From positions 49,898-113,897 of the IMG/VR virus record IMGVR_UViG_3300014204_000127: 64,000 nt of DNA; one strand, given 5' to 3'. Every line of letters starts with the position of its first letter. Position 1 is the first letter of the stretch. Below the pieces are notes generated by a model. That model saw nothing but the letters and a program-made list of their open reading frames with translations, searched no databases and had not been told where the DNA came from. This document shows, one piece after another, positions 48,677 to 57,317 of the stretch. Made by a program: the position numbers and the translations under genes. The stretch is from a virus. Taxonomy: Duplodnaviria; Caudoviricetes.

Positions 48677-49806
48677 GGCAAGATCTCCGATGATTTCAGT
48701 TGAACAGCCTTTTCTGCACCCTGATTTAGCGGAACACCAATATGCCGCACGGTTGAAGCACTATGTTCAGCCGCTTGTCCATAGATAAGTTTACCCCTGG
48801 CAGATATATTAAAGGCTGCATTAGAGTCTCTATGGTCAAAGTGAGTACACAAACATTTATATGTCTTTCCATTTGGTTTGTTGATTCTACCACATCTTGA
48901 ACAAATCTGGCTTGTATAAGCTGGATTTATAAAATAGAGGGGAACACCAAGCAAAGTTGCTTTATACTCTATGAAGGTTTCTAATTGATAAAAAGACCAT
49001 TGAGATTTTTGAACATATCTCTTGGCTTTACCTTTTTTTGAAATTTTTCCTAAATCCTCTAGTACAATAGCAAGACAATGTAATTTGGCATGGTCAACGA
49101 TAGAACGACTCACTCTATGATTTATATATTTAATCCTATTTGACTGTTTTCTTCTTATCTTCTTTAAAGCATTTTTTGCCCCTTTCTTTTGTAAATTCTT
49201 TCTTCTATTACGAAAATTTTTAGAAATCCCTGATGTGTCTGGTCCAAACTTTCTAACTTTACCAGACATGGGATTAGCACAAACAGCCACATTGCCCACA
49301 CTATTCCTACCAACACCAAGAAATCCTCTGACTTCTTGTTTTTGTAAAACTGGTGTATTGTAAGAACATGACATAAACCATTTTCTATCCCTCTTAAAAA
49401 ACTCTACGTGTCTAATAAACCCAGAAATGGGCTTAGGAAATGTGGCATGGATCAATACTTTTTTAAAAATTGATGGTATTTTAATACCCCCGTCTACAAT
49501 CTTCACTTGTTTTCCTTTGTCCCCACAAATAGGTAGAACTAGGTTTTTAATCTTTTTAAGTTTAATATTTTTCTGATACTTTGAAATAAGACTCTTGGCA
49601 AGAACACATGGAACTTCTTTATAATATTTAGAAGAGGATTTAGTTTTATCTTCTAGCATTCTAGTAACACAAACAGAGGACTTTTGATATAAATCATCTA
49701 AAATAGGAAACAAAGTGTGGGGGATGACTATCTTAAAGGGAAGACACATAGTATGTCCACTCCCCTTTATTACATCATTTTCATTTATTTGTTTAATTAT
49801 GTTCAT
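48673..49806 (-). CDS. tnpB: TnpB/Cas12f-like RNA-guided nuclease homolog with RuvC-I Asp apparently replaced by Gly
   Basis: FLGVGRN (expected GVDRN), IVLEDL, WSFYQL..FIEYKA, PAYTSQICSRCG, HRDSNAAFNI. Confidence 0.88.
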   Translation of the reverse strand: MNIIKQINENDVIKGSGHTMCLPFKIVIPHTLFPILDDLYQKSSVCVTRMLEDKTKSSSKYYKEVPCVLAKSLISKYQKNIKLKKIKNLVLPICGDKGKQVKIVDGGIKIPSIFKKVLIHATFPKPISGFIRHVEFFKRDRKWFMSCSYNTPVLQKQEVRGFLGVGRNSVGNVAVCANPMSGKVRKFGPDTSGISKNFRNRRKNLQKKGAKNALKKIRRKQSNRIKYINHRVSRSIVDHAKLHCLAIVLEDLGKISKKGKAKRYVQKSQWSFYQLETFIEYKATLLGVPLYFINPAYTSQICSRCGRINKPNGKTYKCLCTHFDHRDSNAAFNISARGKLIYGQAAEHSASTVRHIGVPLNQGAEKAVQLKSSEILP

Positions 49807-49807
49807 T

Positions 49808-51220
49808 TTAGTCTAAATCCTGCCCAAATACACTAAATGCCTGTTCATCTTTTTCCTTGCCCAACCATGAACTACAACCTGTTTTACCTATTGTAAGGCA
49901 ATGGCTAAAGCTACATGACACGTTTTGTATACCATTTCTATTAGCAAGAACCTGTATCTTACCTATGTTTAGTTTCTGTTTATTGTTACACCCTATAACA
50001 GCAAGTGCTAAATCTACGTTGCCTATTTTACGCTTATCCTCAGAAATATCCTTCATATTTATTTCATTGGCATCAAGTGCATCCGCTGTAACCTGTGATG
50101 CTGTGGCAACTAGACAGTTCCGTTCTACTGCCATTTTTCTTAACTTCAGATAAAGATTATTAAGCTGGTCTCTGGTTTCTTTGCCATACTTGGATTTATC
50201 CATAATATCTGCATAATCGGTTATAATAACATCAGCAGTAATCCCCTTTTTAATCTCAAGTTGATTAAGACACCTTTCCATCTCTGCCACAGTACAGGTG
50301 TCAGGAGGATATTCCATTAGTTCAAGATGCCCTTTATATGCCTCTCTATATTTGGTTCTAATGTTTTTTACCTTTTCATTATTGCCATAAAGAGATTCTA
50401 CCTTGGCATAACCTGGTTCAAAGGACTCGGTATTGGGATTATAAGTAACATATGTAACAGGTTCCCCGACACGCTCTGTACCAAGTCCTGTCAACATCAT
50501 ATCAAAACGTTGGCATAAAACCTCTTGGGACACTTCGTGTGAAAAATAAACAACATTTAATCCATGTTCTATTGCAGTTTTGGCAAGGTGCATGAGTGAC
50601 CAGGTTTTCATGCCCTTGTATCCTGCCAAAAACACAATTAAGTTCTTTCGCCTATATCCCCCAATTAAAGTATCTAGTGCGTCATATCCCGTGTGCATAA
50701 GATATTCTATTTTCTGTCCACGAATGTCTATATCTGAGAAATCATTAAAATAATCATAACCCGCCGTCGTTTTTTGAATACCACAGGAATTAACCTTGTT
50801 AATTATTTCCTTAGCTTCGTCGTAGTTCTTGTCCACAATTGCCTTTGTAAACAATAAGGCTGCTTCCTCATATGCCCTTTGTTGTATAAATCCATCAAGT
50901 TTATATAACACATATTCTTTTGTGGCCTGTGTGTTTATAATCTTTTCAAGTAGTTTAATATATAAATTTCTATCATCTACCGAAAGATTGTTTGTCTCAA
51001 AATAAGATATTATTTCATCCTGAAAATGGTCTTCGGCAGCCTGACTGAAGTTATTAAAATAATTCAGAGCTATTTTTGATAGAGTTCTTGAATAGCTTGA
51101 ATTAAAATGCTTTGGTTCTATTTGCCCTACCACAAGTCTGCAAAACTCCGTATCCGAAAATAATAGCTTTAGAATACTGTTTTCCAGATGTGGATTAAGT
51201 TCTTTACTGTTTTCTTCCAT
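49808..51220 (-). CDS. DnaB-like replicative helicase
   Basis: TGYDALD.LIGG, AGYKGMKT, FSHE, TDYAD, ASQ, ANRNG. Confidence 0.88.
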   Translation of the reverse strand: MEENSKELNPHLENSILKLLFSDTEFCRLVVGQIEPKHFNSSYSRTLSKIALNYFNNFSQAAEDHFQDEIISYFETNNLSVDDRNLYIKLLEKIINTQATKEYVLYKLDGFIQQRAYEEAALLFTKAIVDKNYDEAKEIINKVNSCGIQKTTAGYDYFNDFSDIDIRGQKIEYLMHTGYDALDTLIGGYRRKNLIVFLAGYKGMKTWSLMHLAKTAIEHGLNVVYFSHEVSQEVLCQRFDMMLTGLGTERVGEPVTYVTYNPNTESFEPGYAKVESLYGNNEKVKNIRTKYREAYKGHLELMEYPPDTCTVAEMERCLNQLEIKKGITADVIITDYADIMDKSKYGKETRDQLNNLYLKLRKMAVERNCLVATASQVTADALDANEINMKDISEDKRKIGNVDLALAVIGCNNKQKLNIGKIQVLANRNGIQNVSCSFSHCLTIGKTGCSSWLGKEKDEQAFSVFGQDLD

Positions 51221-51240
51221 GTTTTACTAAATACTTTCTT

Positions 51241-52173
51241 TTATAACCACTTTATTGGCAATGATTTAACGTATTCTTCCCCCAGCACATCCGGGTCTTT
51301 GCCATTTAATAATACCATACCTGTTTCAAAAAAGCAACTTAATTCTGCTCTATATTCTATATTTTCCTTCATTGCATCAAGGTCATAGGTGAAAATAACT
51401 GTTTCAACATTCATATCAAGCAAGACCTGTATCTGCTTTTTGCTAACCATTTTGCCAAAGGTGGCAACAGCATTTGAGTTCATTCTCCATGCGTCAAAAA
51501 TACCCTCAACTACATAAACTGGCTTTGTTGTATCTATATCAGTGGTATAGAGATATGACTTCAAATCAACCCCATAAGGGGTATCATATTTCTTTTTAAC
51601 ATCGTCAAATATACTTCTTGCCTGAAAGCAAACTGGAATATTGTTCTTATATATAGGGAGTACAACTCTATTAGCATATTTTGAACCTATTCCACAATAA
51701 GATGCTCCATATTTTTTGCATGCATCTATTGAAATATTTCTTTTATTCAGATAATTAAGTAATTCTGGATACATAACAGCAGTATGCTCGTTTATTATTA
51801 TACCCGGAATCTCAATAGAATTGTCATTATTTTTTATTTTTTCTTCTACTTCAACAGGTTTATTGGCATTAAGCATGTTTCTGACTTGAGAAAGAAGGTC
51901 TTCCTCTGCATATAAGTCTTGTCCAGAAAGGACTATATAATCCTCACGAGATATGCCTGTAAGAGCATTAAGGATTTGAAAAAGATTTCCCCTTTTATCA
52001 CATCTAAGGCATTTAAAAATACCACTTTGTTTAGAGATACCAAGAAGATGTTCGTAATCGGGCAGATGTCTTTGTCTGGAAACGCAAAAAGGGCAGTTGA
52101 CATTCCACCACTTTGTACTATCTTTGACCTCAATACCACATTTTTCTAAATATTTTTTTACATCAAATAACAT
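51241..52173 (-). CDS. DNA primase (Zn finger + TOPRIM)
   Basis: CPFC...C..C, VVEGIFDA, YDLD, KDP. Confidence 0.88.
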   Translation of the reverse strand: MLFDVKKYLEKCGIEVKDSTKWWNVNCPFCVSRQRHLPDYEHLLGISKQSGIFKCLRCDKRGNLFQILNALTGISREDYIVLSGQDLYAEEDLLSQVRNMLNANKPVEVEEKIKNNDNSIEIPGIIINEHTAVMYPELLNYLNKRNISIDACKKYGASYCGIGSKYANRVVLPIYKNNIPVCFQARSIFDDVKKKYDTPYGVDLKSYLYTTDIDTTKPVYVVEGIFDAWRMNSNAVATFGKMVSKKQIQVLLDMNVETVIFTYDLDAMKENIEYRAELSCFFETGMVLLNGKDPDVLGEEYVKSLPIKWL

Positions 52174-52175
52174 AT

Positions 52176-52253
52176 TTATTTTAATAATTCTGGATTATCA
52201 TAGTTATTGCCGACAACGCTTAACCATTTATCTGAACCCTCTAAACTTTCCCC
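52176..52253 (-). pseudogene. 3' remnant of a YopX-family gene
   Basis: ...LSVVGNNYDNPELLK* resembles the YopX terminal motif VIGNIYENPELL. Confidence 0.6.
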
Positions 52254-52402
52254 ATATAAGCATCTAAATCATCTTGACGAAAACGCATGTGTTCACCGGT
52301 AGTTTTGAAAGACTTTATCTTTCCGTTGTTGGCAAGCGTCTTGAGCGTGTTGATTGACACTCCCAAATACTCGCTTGCTTCTGTGATTTTATAGATTTTC
52401 AT
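52241..52402 (-). pseudogene. IS607 TnpA N-terminal MerR-like HTH only (53 aa)
   Basis: MKIYKITEASEYLGVSINTLKTLANNGKIKSFKTTGEHMRFRQDDLDAYMGKV*; serine-recombinase YARxS domain absent. Confidence 0.75.
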
Positions 52403-52941
52403 ACTTCATTGCCCCAAACATCCCAGCCGTCCGTCTTTTGTCTGGCAAATAGCTCTATTCTGGGTAAATCTCCAACCAACTCAATAATTCTTTTTTTTGC
52501 TTCGTCTGGCTTTTTACTATGTCCTTCAATGGGCGTGTCGATTACAGAATGAACACCAGCATTTATTCTTTTTGGCTTTCCTTTAGTTGCAATCAAGCAT
52601 AGTTCTGCATTTGCTCTTGTCCATCTACCCATACCCAAAAACCATGTATTGCTTTTTTTGTTTCTTTTAACCCAAGTAAAAGCAACTGTTTTGTACTCAA
52701 AGCCCCATTTTTCTATGAGTTCCCAACACTCATTTAGTTTAGGCATAGTAACCCACAAGAAAAGAATGCAGTCTTTATCTGCTATATCTGAAACAGGTAG
52801 GTTATCTATCCAGTCTTTTTCTTGAACTTGGTACTTACACCCAGCACCACGATTACCAGCCAAAGCTTTATCTCTGTAACTCCACGGCGGGTCTGCATAA
52901 ATTATTTGATATTTTTTATCTGGAAACGGTATTTGTTCCAT
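52399..52941 (-). CDS. MT-A70 family adenine methyltransferase (IS passenger)
   Basis: IIYADPPWSY, LFLWVT, WGFEYKT.AFTWVK, HSKKP, IELFAR, GWDVWGNEV. Confidence 0.92.
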   Translation of the reverse strand: MEQIPFPDKKYQIIYADPPWSYRDKALAGNRGAGCKYQVQEKDWIDNLPVSDIADKDCILFLWVTMPKLNECWELIEKWGFEYKTVAFTWVKRNKKSNTWFLGMGRWTRANAELCLIATKGKPKRINAGVHSVIDTPIEGHSKKPDEAKKRIIELVGDLPRIELFARQKTDGWDVWGNEV

Positions 52942-53086
52942 CTTTCAGCTCCTTAACTAATTTCTCGTATGCATCAACAATCTTCTGCACATCATCAACA
53001 GATATTTCTTTTTCCAAAGGCTCGAAGAAATAAACCTTCTCATCCTCTGTCTCAAAATACTCTTTTGTGACTTTGATTACTTTCAT
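52916..53086 (-). CDS. 56-aa ORF at the 5' end of the IS607-like element
   Basis: MKVIKVTKEYFETEDEKVYFFEPLEKEISVDDVQKIVDAYEKLVKELKDGTNTVSR; AGGAG RBS; overlaps the MT-A70 start. Confidence 0.7.
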   Translation of the reverse strand: MKVIKVTKEYFETEDEKVYFFEPLEKEISVDDVQKIVDAYEKLVKELKDGTNTVSR

Positions 53087-53099
53087 CTTTCACTCCTAT

Positions 53100-53128
53100 A
53101 TTATAATGTATTTTTGGTTAAAAAGCAA
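53100..53128 (-). promoter_or_regulatory. promoter TTGCTT-N17-TATAAT inside the IS left end
   Basis: Consensus match before AGGAG/ATG. Confidence 0.7.
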
Positions 53129-53134
53129 GTGATT

Positions 53135-53815
53135 TTAACCGATTTCTTTTGATTTTGTTGGGTTTTCATAAGCAGTTAAAACCTCCCCCTCATTCCATCC
53201 CCCATTCTCATTATAACTAGCAATGGAAATCAAATATGGGGGGTCGACGTATACAAAATCATTGTTAGACAGTTTTTCTACTTTAATTTCCTCAAAAGAT
53301 TTACTAACAAAATCAATATTTTTTATTTTACTCAGAAAAAGAACCAATCTTTTTTCAAGTTTGCTATTAAAATCACTCCTGTTTAGTCCAAAAGGCATAT
53401 TATATTCCAATTTAGAATTAAATCTTATCATATTATTAAAACAATAACATACCAAAACATATAAATCAAGGGGATTTTTATATTTATTATATTCATTCCT
53501 TAATTGTAGATATCCATCCTTATTGGTCTTAGATAAAGAATACAATTTTATTTTTGAATAAATGTGGTTATAAACATCATCGGTACCCTTTATTTTCATC
53601 TCGTTATATAAATCTATCAAGGGTTTGCATATATCATTGGCCACTATTTTTTGAGCTTCTACATTCAAAATAACATCTAATCCCCCACAAAATAAGTCCA
53701 CAAAACAGCCTATATTTTTTGGAAATAATGGTAATATTTGAGGCAAAAGCCTATACTTGCCACCGGTATAATTCAAAGGGGATTTTATATAATTATTTTT
53801 CAAAACATCCATCAC
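53135..53815 (-). pseudogene. Dam-like (D12 class) adenine methyltransferase, truncated shortly after DPPY
   Basis: SPLNYTGGK, DLFCGG, FNNMIRFN, VYVDPPY...YNENGGWNE, then reads into the IS end. Confidence 0.82.
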
Positions 53816-56456
53816 AAGTCCAAATCATTTCTTTTGTTTCTTTATTCTTTGTCTGTCTACAATAATCTGTTTTTCCACACGTATCACAAACGTGCATACC
53901 ATAATCAAGTATTTCTGACAGTTCCCCCATATTCTTGCCAATACTGAACTCTACATCCAAAGGAACTTTTTTCATAAAATCCCATCTTACCTTGCACATG
54001 TGTTTTTTAACAATCTTTAAAACATTATTTAACTCTTCTTTAACAAAATCAATAAGGATACTATCATGAATCTGCCCCACAATTATGGATTTAAGTCCCA
54101 GTTCTTTCAATTCAGCATTGATATCATGGAAACTTGCCATAAGACACTGAAATGATATTCCCTGTATATTGCCATTGAATATCTTATTTCGTGTCATAGG
54201 GGCATACATGCGATATCCTATTGCATTGGTAATATAACCATTTTCTTGATATAAGTCAAGTAAATTATTTTGCCATTCACGAATTTCAAAATGCTTTGTC
54301 CAGAACTCATCTTCAACTTTCTTTATCCACTCCTCAGATAGTTTTAGAGCATTCGCTATTGGTTTATAGAATGAACCATAAACTAATGGGAATACCATCA
54401 TGTTTTTAGCATTTTGGCGTTCTGTCTTGGATATGTCACCACCATCTTTGGCGTAGATATTGGCAGCCCAATACCTGTGAACGTCGCCATCCGATAGAAT
54501 AAATTGCTGTAACTCATTATCATCACTACACATAGCAATAAAACGCATTTCAGCACTAGCATAGTCAACTTCAAGCAGCCCATCATTCCGTGCAATAAGT
54601 GCTTTTCGTAATTGCTTCAGATAATCGTCATGCTTAGGAACCTGTTGAATATTTGGGTCAACACAACTACTTCTGCCTGTTACAGTCGTATGTATAAGGA
54701 ACGAGGGGTGAAGATATCCATTCACATTCAATTTCTTCCAGTTCTGTATAAAACCGTTAAGTTTTATGGCCTTTGCCTTTGATTTGCAATTATTAAGAAA
54801 ATCCACAACTTCCTTGTTATCCTTGGCCTGTTCAAGAACATGGTCAATAGCATCATCATCTGAAGCAAAATACTGAAAATTATCCCTGTTGCTAAGGGAT
54901 ACATTGTCTTCTTCACCACTCGTTGTTCTCTTTAGAGGCTTATAGCCTAGCATCTTATAAAGCAGCTTCTTTAGTTTCTTTTCTGAACCAGAATCAAGTT
55001 CCTCACCATATTTAAATCTATATTGCTTATAAAGATTGCAACTTCTCTCTATTTCCAGACAGCTTTCAGTATCATCATTGCACATCTTTTCAAGTTTTGC
55101 CATATAATCCAAATCAAGACGAATGCCTCTGTATTTAGCATCAGTCATGTCTTTTATACATTGCGTGTACAATGTTGCCACATAAGCCGATTCTTGTGGG
55201 ATTTGTTGTACAAGGTCATTAACCCATTTCATTAAATATCTGGTATCAAGAGAGTTATATTTACATACCTTTTCTAAAGGGGCGGCAATCAAATTAGACT
55301 GGTCAATATTTTCATCATAATTTGTGCCATATCGCACATAACATTGAAATTTCTGACCACAAATACCTCCAGCACGATTATCAACAATGTGTTGTATTGT
55401 CATAGGGTCAAATATGACATTATTAATCTCTGTGTTCAGTTTACATCTGCTAGCCATGTCCTCATAGGCGGAGTTTTGTATAATCTTTGGCCTGTCAGAT
55501 TTTAGCCAAATAGATAACAATATATCTATTTCTTTAAGTTCCTTTTCCTTAAACGGTGTTTGAGGATGATAAAGTGGTATAACCCACCCCTCTGTTTCAT
55601 CAAAAGAAAAGGATGCTGTTAGTAGTTTATAAGATTCTGAAAAGTAATCAAGACCAGTAGCTTCATAGTCAAAGCCAACAGGGGCTTCATTCTGCATAAG
55701 GACATCAAAGAAATTTCTTACATGTTCTATATTGGAAATAATATAGTTGCCATTGTTTTCGTCAATTCTACGGTCTTTGAATATATATTGAAGTCTGTCC
55801 AGACCTTTTTCTATTGCATTATCTAATACAAAAAAGTCCATGACTTTCTTTTTACGTCCATCAGGATATGTACCCTCTATAAATAAATAGGGTTCTTTTA
55901 CACAAACAACAGGACATCCCCATGTGTAACTTGGTACAATGTATCCATGACTATTAAAAGAATTGACACTAACTGGAGCATCATATAGAACTGATTGAAT
56001 AGGTAGATTGCCAAAGGCAAATATTAAATCAGGATTAAATTCTTTTAAATCTTGTATAAACAAAGGCTTACAACATTCCATCTGTTTTTTGGTATATTTT
56101 TGATTGGCAGCAAAGAAGCTATTATGCTTCTTGTTGTGTGATGGGCATCGCATCACTGTAAACTTTTTACAATCTCGTTCAATATCTATATGATATTTGG
56201 CAAAAACCTTCTTTAAAAATCTAGTTTGTCCCCCACACATAATATCATTAAGAGCATCTTCAGTTTTACCCACGTGGTCAAGAACTAGGGCAATTTTCCT
56301 TAATCCCCTGCCAGATGGTTTCATATTAGGGTTGTGTGCAAAACCCGACAAACCACAGGTTCCACAATCAAGGTTCTTTTTGTTAATGAACATGTCATTA
56401 TCCACAGAAAACAACATGCCATTATGCGTATTAATATTTAAGTCGCTTAAATCCAT
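53793..56456 (-). CDS. Family A DNA polymerase with N-terminal uracil-DNA glycosylase-like domain and 3'-5' exonuclease
   Basis: CGTCGL...RCP...CC UDG-like; FDYEATG exo; TGRSSC.DPNIQQVP, DYASAEMR, R..AK...F..VYG, QIHDS. Confidence 0.92.
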   Translation of the reverse strand: MDLSDLNINTHNGMLFSVDNDMFINKKNLDCGTCGLSGFAHNPNMKPSGRGLRKIALVLDHVGKTEDALNDIMCGGQTRFLKKVFAKYHIDIERDCKKFTVMRCPSHNKKHNSFFAANQKYTKKQMECCKPLFIQDLKEFNPDLIFAFGNLPIQSVLYDAPVSVNSFNSHGYIVPSYTWGCPVVCVKEPYLFIEGTYPDGRKKKVMDFFVLDNAIEKGLDRLQYIFKDRRIDENNGNYIISNIEHVRNFFDVLMQNEAPVGFDYEATGLDYFSESYKLLTASFSFDETEGWVIPLYHPQTPFKEKELKEIDILLSIWLKSDRPKIIQNSAYEDMASRCKLNTEINNVIFDPMTIQHIVDNRAGGICGQKFQCYVRYGTNYDENIDQSNLIAAPLEKVCKYNSLDTRYLMKWVNDLVQQIPQESAYVATLYTQCIKDMTDAKYRGIRLDLDYMAKLEKMCNDDTESCLEIERSCNLYKQYRFKYGEELDSGSEKKLKKLLYKMLGYKPLKRTTSGEEDNVSLSNRDNFQYFASDDDAIDHVLEQAKDNKEVVDFLNNCKSKAKAIKLNGFIQNWKKLNVNGYLHPSFLIHTTVTGRSSCVDPNIQQVPKHDDYLKQLRKALIARNDGLLEVDYASAEMRFIAMCSDDNELQQFILSDGDVHRYWAANIYAKDGGDISKTERQNAKNMMVFPLVYGSFYKPIANALKLSEEWIKKVEDEFWTKHFEIREWQNNLLDLYQENGYITNAIGYRMYAPMTRNKIFNGNIQGISFQCLMASFHDINAELKELGLKSIIVGQIHDSILIDFVKEELNNVLKIVKKHMCKVRWDFMKKVPLDVEFSIGKNMGELSEILDYGMHVCDTCGKTDYCRQTKNKETKEMIWTCDGCFEK

Positions 56457-56471
56457 GTTTATTATACTCTT

Positions 56472-56717
56472 TTAGTTATTAAGTAGATGTGTGTCTTCTA
56501 ATTCATCATTTATATCCCTTGTATCCTTCTTTGTATAGGATACATCGGTGTAAAACCTCAAAACAGCTTCACAATTGGGACACTCTATGACTTGATTTTT
56601 CCAGCCACTGTCATATGTTTCCCACCCATTTTGTACTTTATCACAGACAGGACATTTAAACCATGCAATGTAAGTCGTCTTCTTTTCTTCAATATAGTCA
56701 ATATTGTGTTCAGTCAT
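56472..56717 (-). CDS. Zn-ribbon protein
   Basis: CPVC...CPNC. Confidence 0.65.
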   Translation of the reverse strand: MTEHNIDYIEEKKTTYIAWFKCPVCDKVQNGWETYDSGWKNQVIECPNCEAVLRFYTDVSYTKKDTRDINDELEDTHLLNN

Positions 56718-56910
56718 TATTCATTTCCTTTATTTTTTCAGTATATGACACAACCGTCTTACCATCTGGTGCAACTGATACACCCTGAATACATTTTCCA
56801 CGTAATTCCAGCAAATCTACTGATATTTCTTCATAATCATGTATTCTACGGTCTACAAAAAATGTTATCTTTTTTACACGTTTTGAACGCTTTACACGTT
56901 GTTTTTCCAT
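56710..56910 (-). CDS. hypothetical protein
   Basis: Overlapping packed ORF. Confidence 0.55.
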   Translation of the reverse strand: MEKQRVKRSKRVKKITFFVDRRIHDYEEISVDLLELRGKCIQGVSVAPDGKTVVSYTEKIKEMNND

Positions 56911-56933
56911 GCAACACGCTAACTTTCTTTATT

Positions 56934-57063
56934 TTAAGCAACATCTACGTCTTCATCAAAATACTCGTTATCATCATAAGATTCATCGCCCAATTCAAAT
57001 TCTTTACCACATTTAGGACAGGCAATAATGTCACCCTCCTCAAAAGAATCATTTATTTTTTCT
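56934..57063 (-). pseudogene. Detached C-terminal tail of the upstream methyltransferase ORF
   Basis: EKINDSFEEGDIIACPKCGKEFELGDESYDDNEYFDEDVDVA*; in frame with 57293-58108 once 57064-57317 is removed. Confidence 0.7.
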
Positions 57064-57175
57064 ATGAACTACTCGCCAGCAAGCTGGCTGAGTTTCTTCC
57101 TTCGTAGAATTTTCTTGTTATTACTAACAGTGGATTTTTCTCCAGAAGCGTTTATTCCCGTAGTTCCTACGGTAT
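57045..57175 (-). ncRNA. putative TnpB omegaRNA (reRNA) scaffold plus flank-derived guide
   Basis: ACCGTAGGAACTACGGGAATAAACGCTTCTGGAGA (typical tnpB 3'-end sequence) through the RE hairpin; guide AGAAAAAATAAATGATTC. Confidence 0.6.
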
Positions 57176-57317
57176 TTTCGGTATTTTGAGTTTTGTTTTT
57201 GTAAAAAACAAAACTCTAATTATATGTATAATAACTATTTCTTAGTATTTTGTCAATGTAATACTAAGACAGCAATTCATCCCCGTAGCTAGCTACTGGG
57301 GATTTCTTGCTGAAGAG
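57064..57317 (-). mobile_element. Non-autonomous 254-bp IS200/IS605-family mini-element (LE hairpin, promoter, omegaRNA-like segment, RE; no tnpA/tnpB)
   Basis: Follows TTAAT; LE CAGCAAGAAATCCCCAGTAGCTAGCTACGGGGATGAATTGCTG; RE GAAACTCAGCCAGCTTGCTGGCGAGTAGTTCAT. Confidence 0.82.
57228..57256 (-). promoter_or_regulatory. promoter TTGACA-N17-TATTAT in the mini-element; -35 bracketed by a 9-bp inverted repeat
   Basis: cttagtatt...aatactaag at 57241-57268. Confidence 0.6.

Larger units (their letters stand above)
52241..53189 (-). mobile_element. Truncated IS607-family element with passenger genes, inserted in the Dam-like gene
   Basis: Left end at a G-run (~53185-53189), own promoter, 56-aa ORF, MT-A70 gene, TnpA HTH fragment; looks more GC-rich than its flanks. 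Confidence 0.75.

Noticed and set aside
48673-57317. Treating the dead TnpB and the omegaRNA mini-element as one cognate system
   Set aside because: The 3' end of tnpB shows no sequence similarity to the mini-element scaffold or ends; kept as separate findings pending tests.
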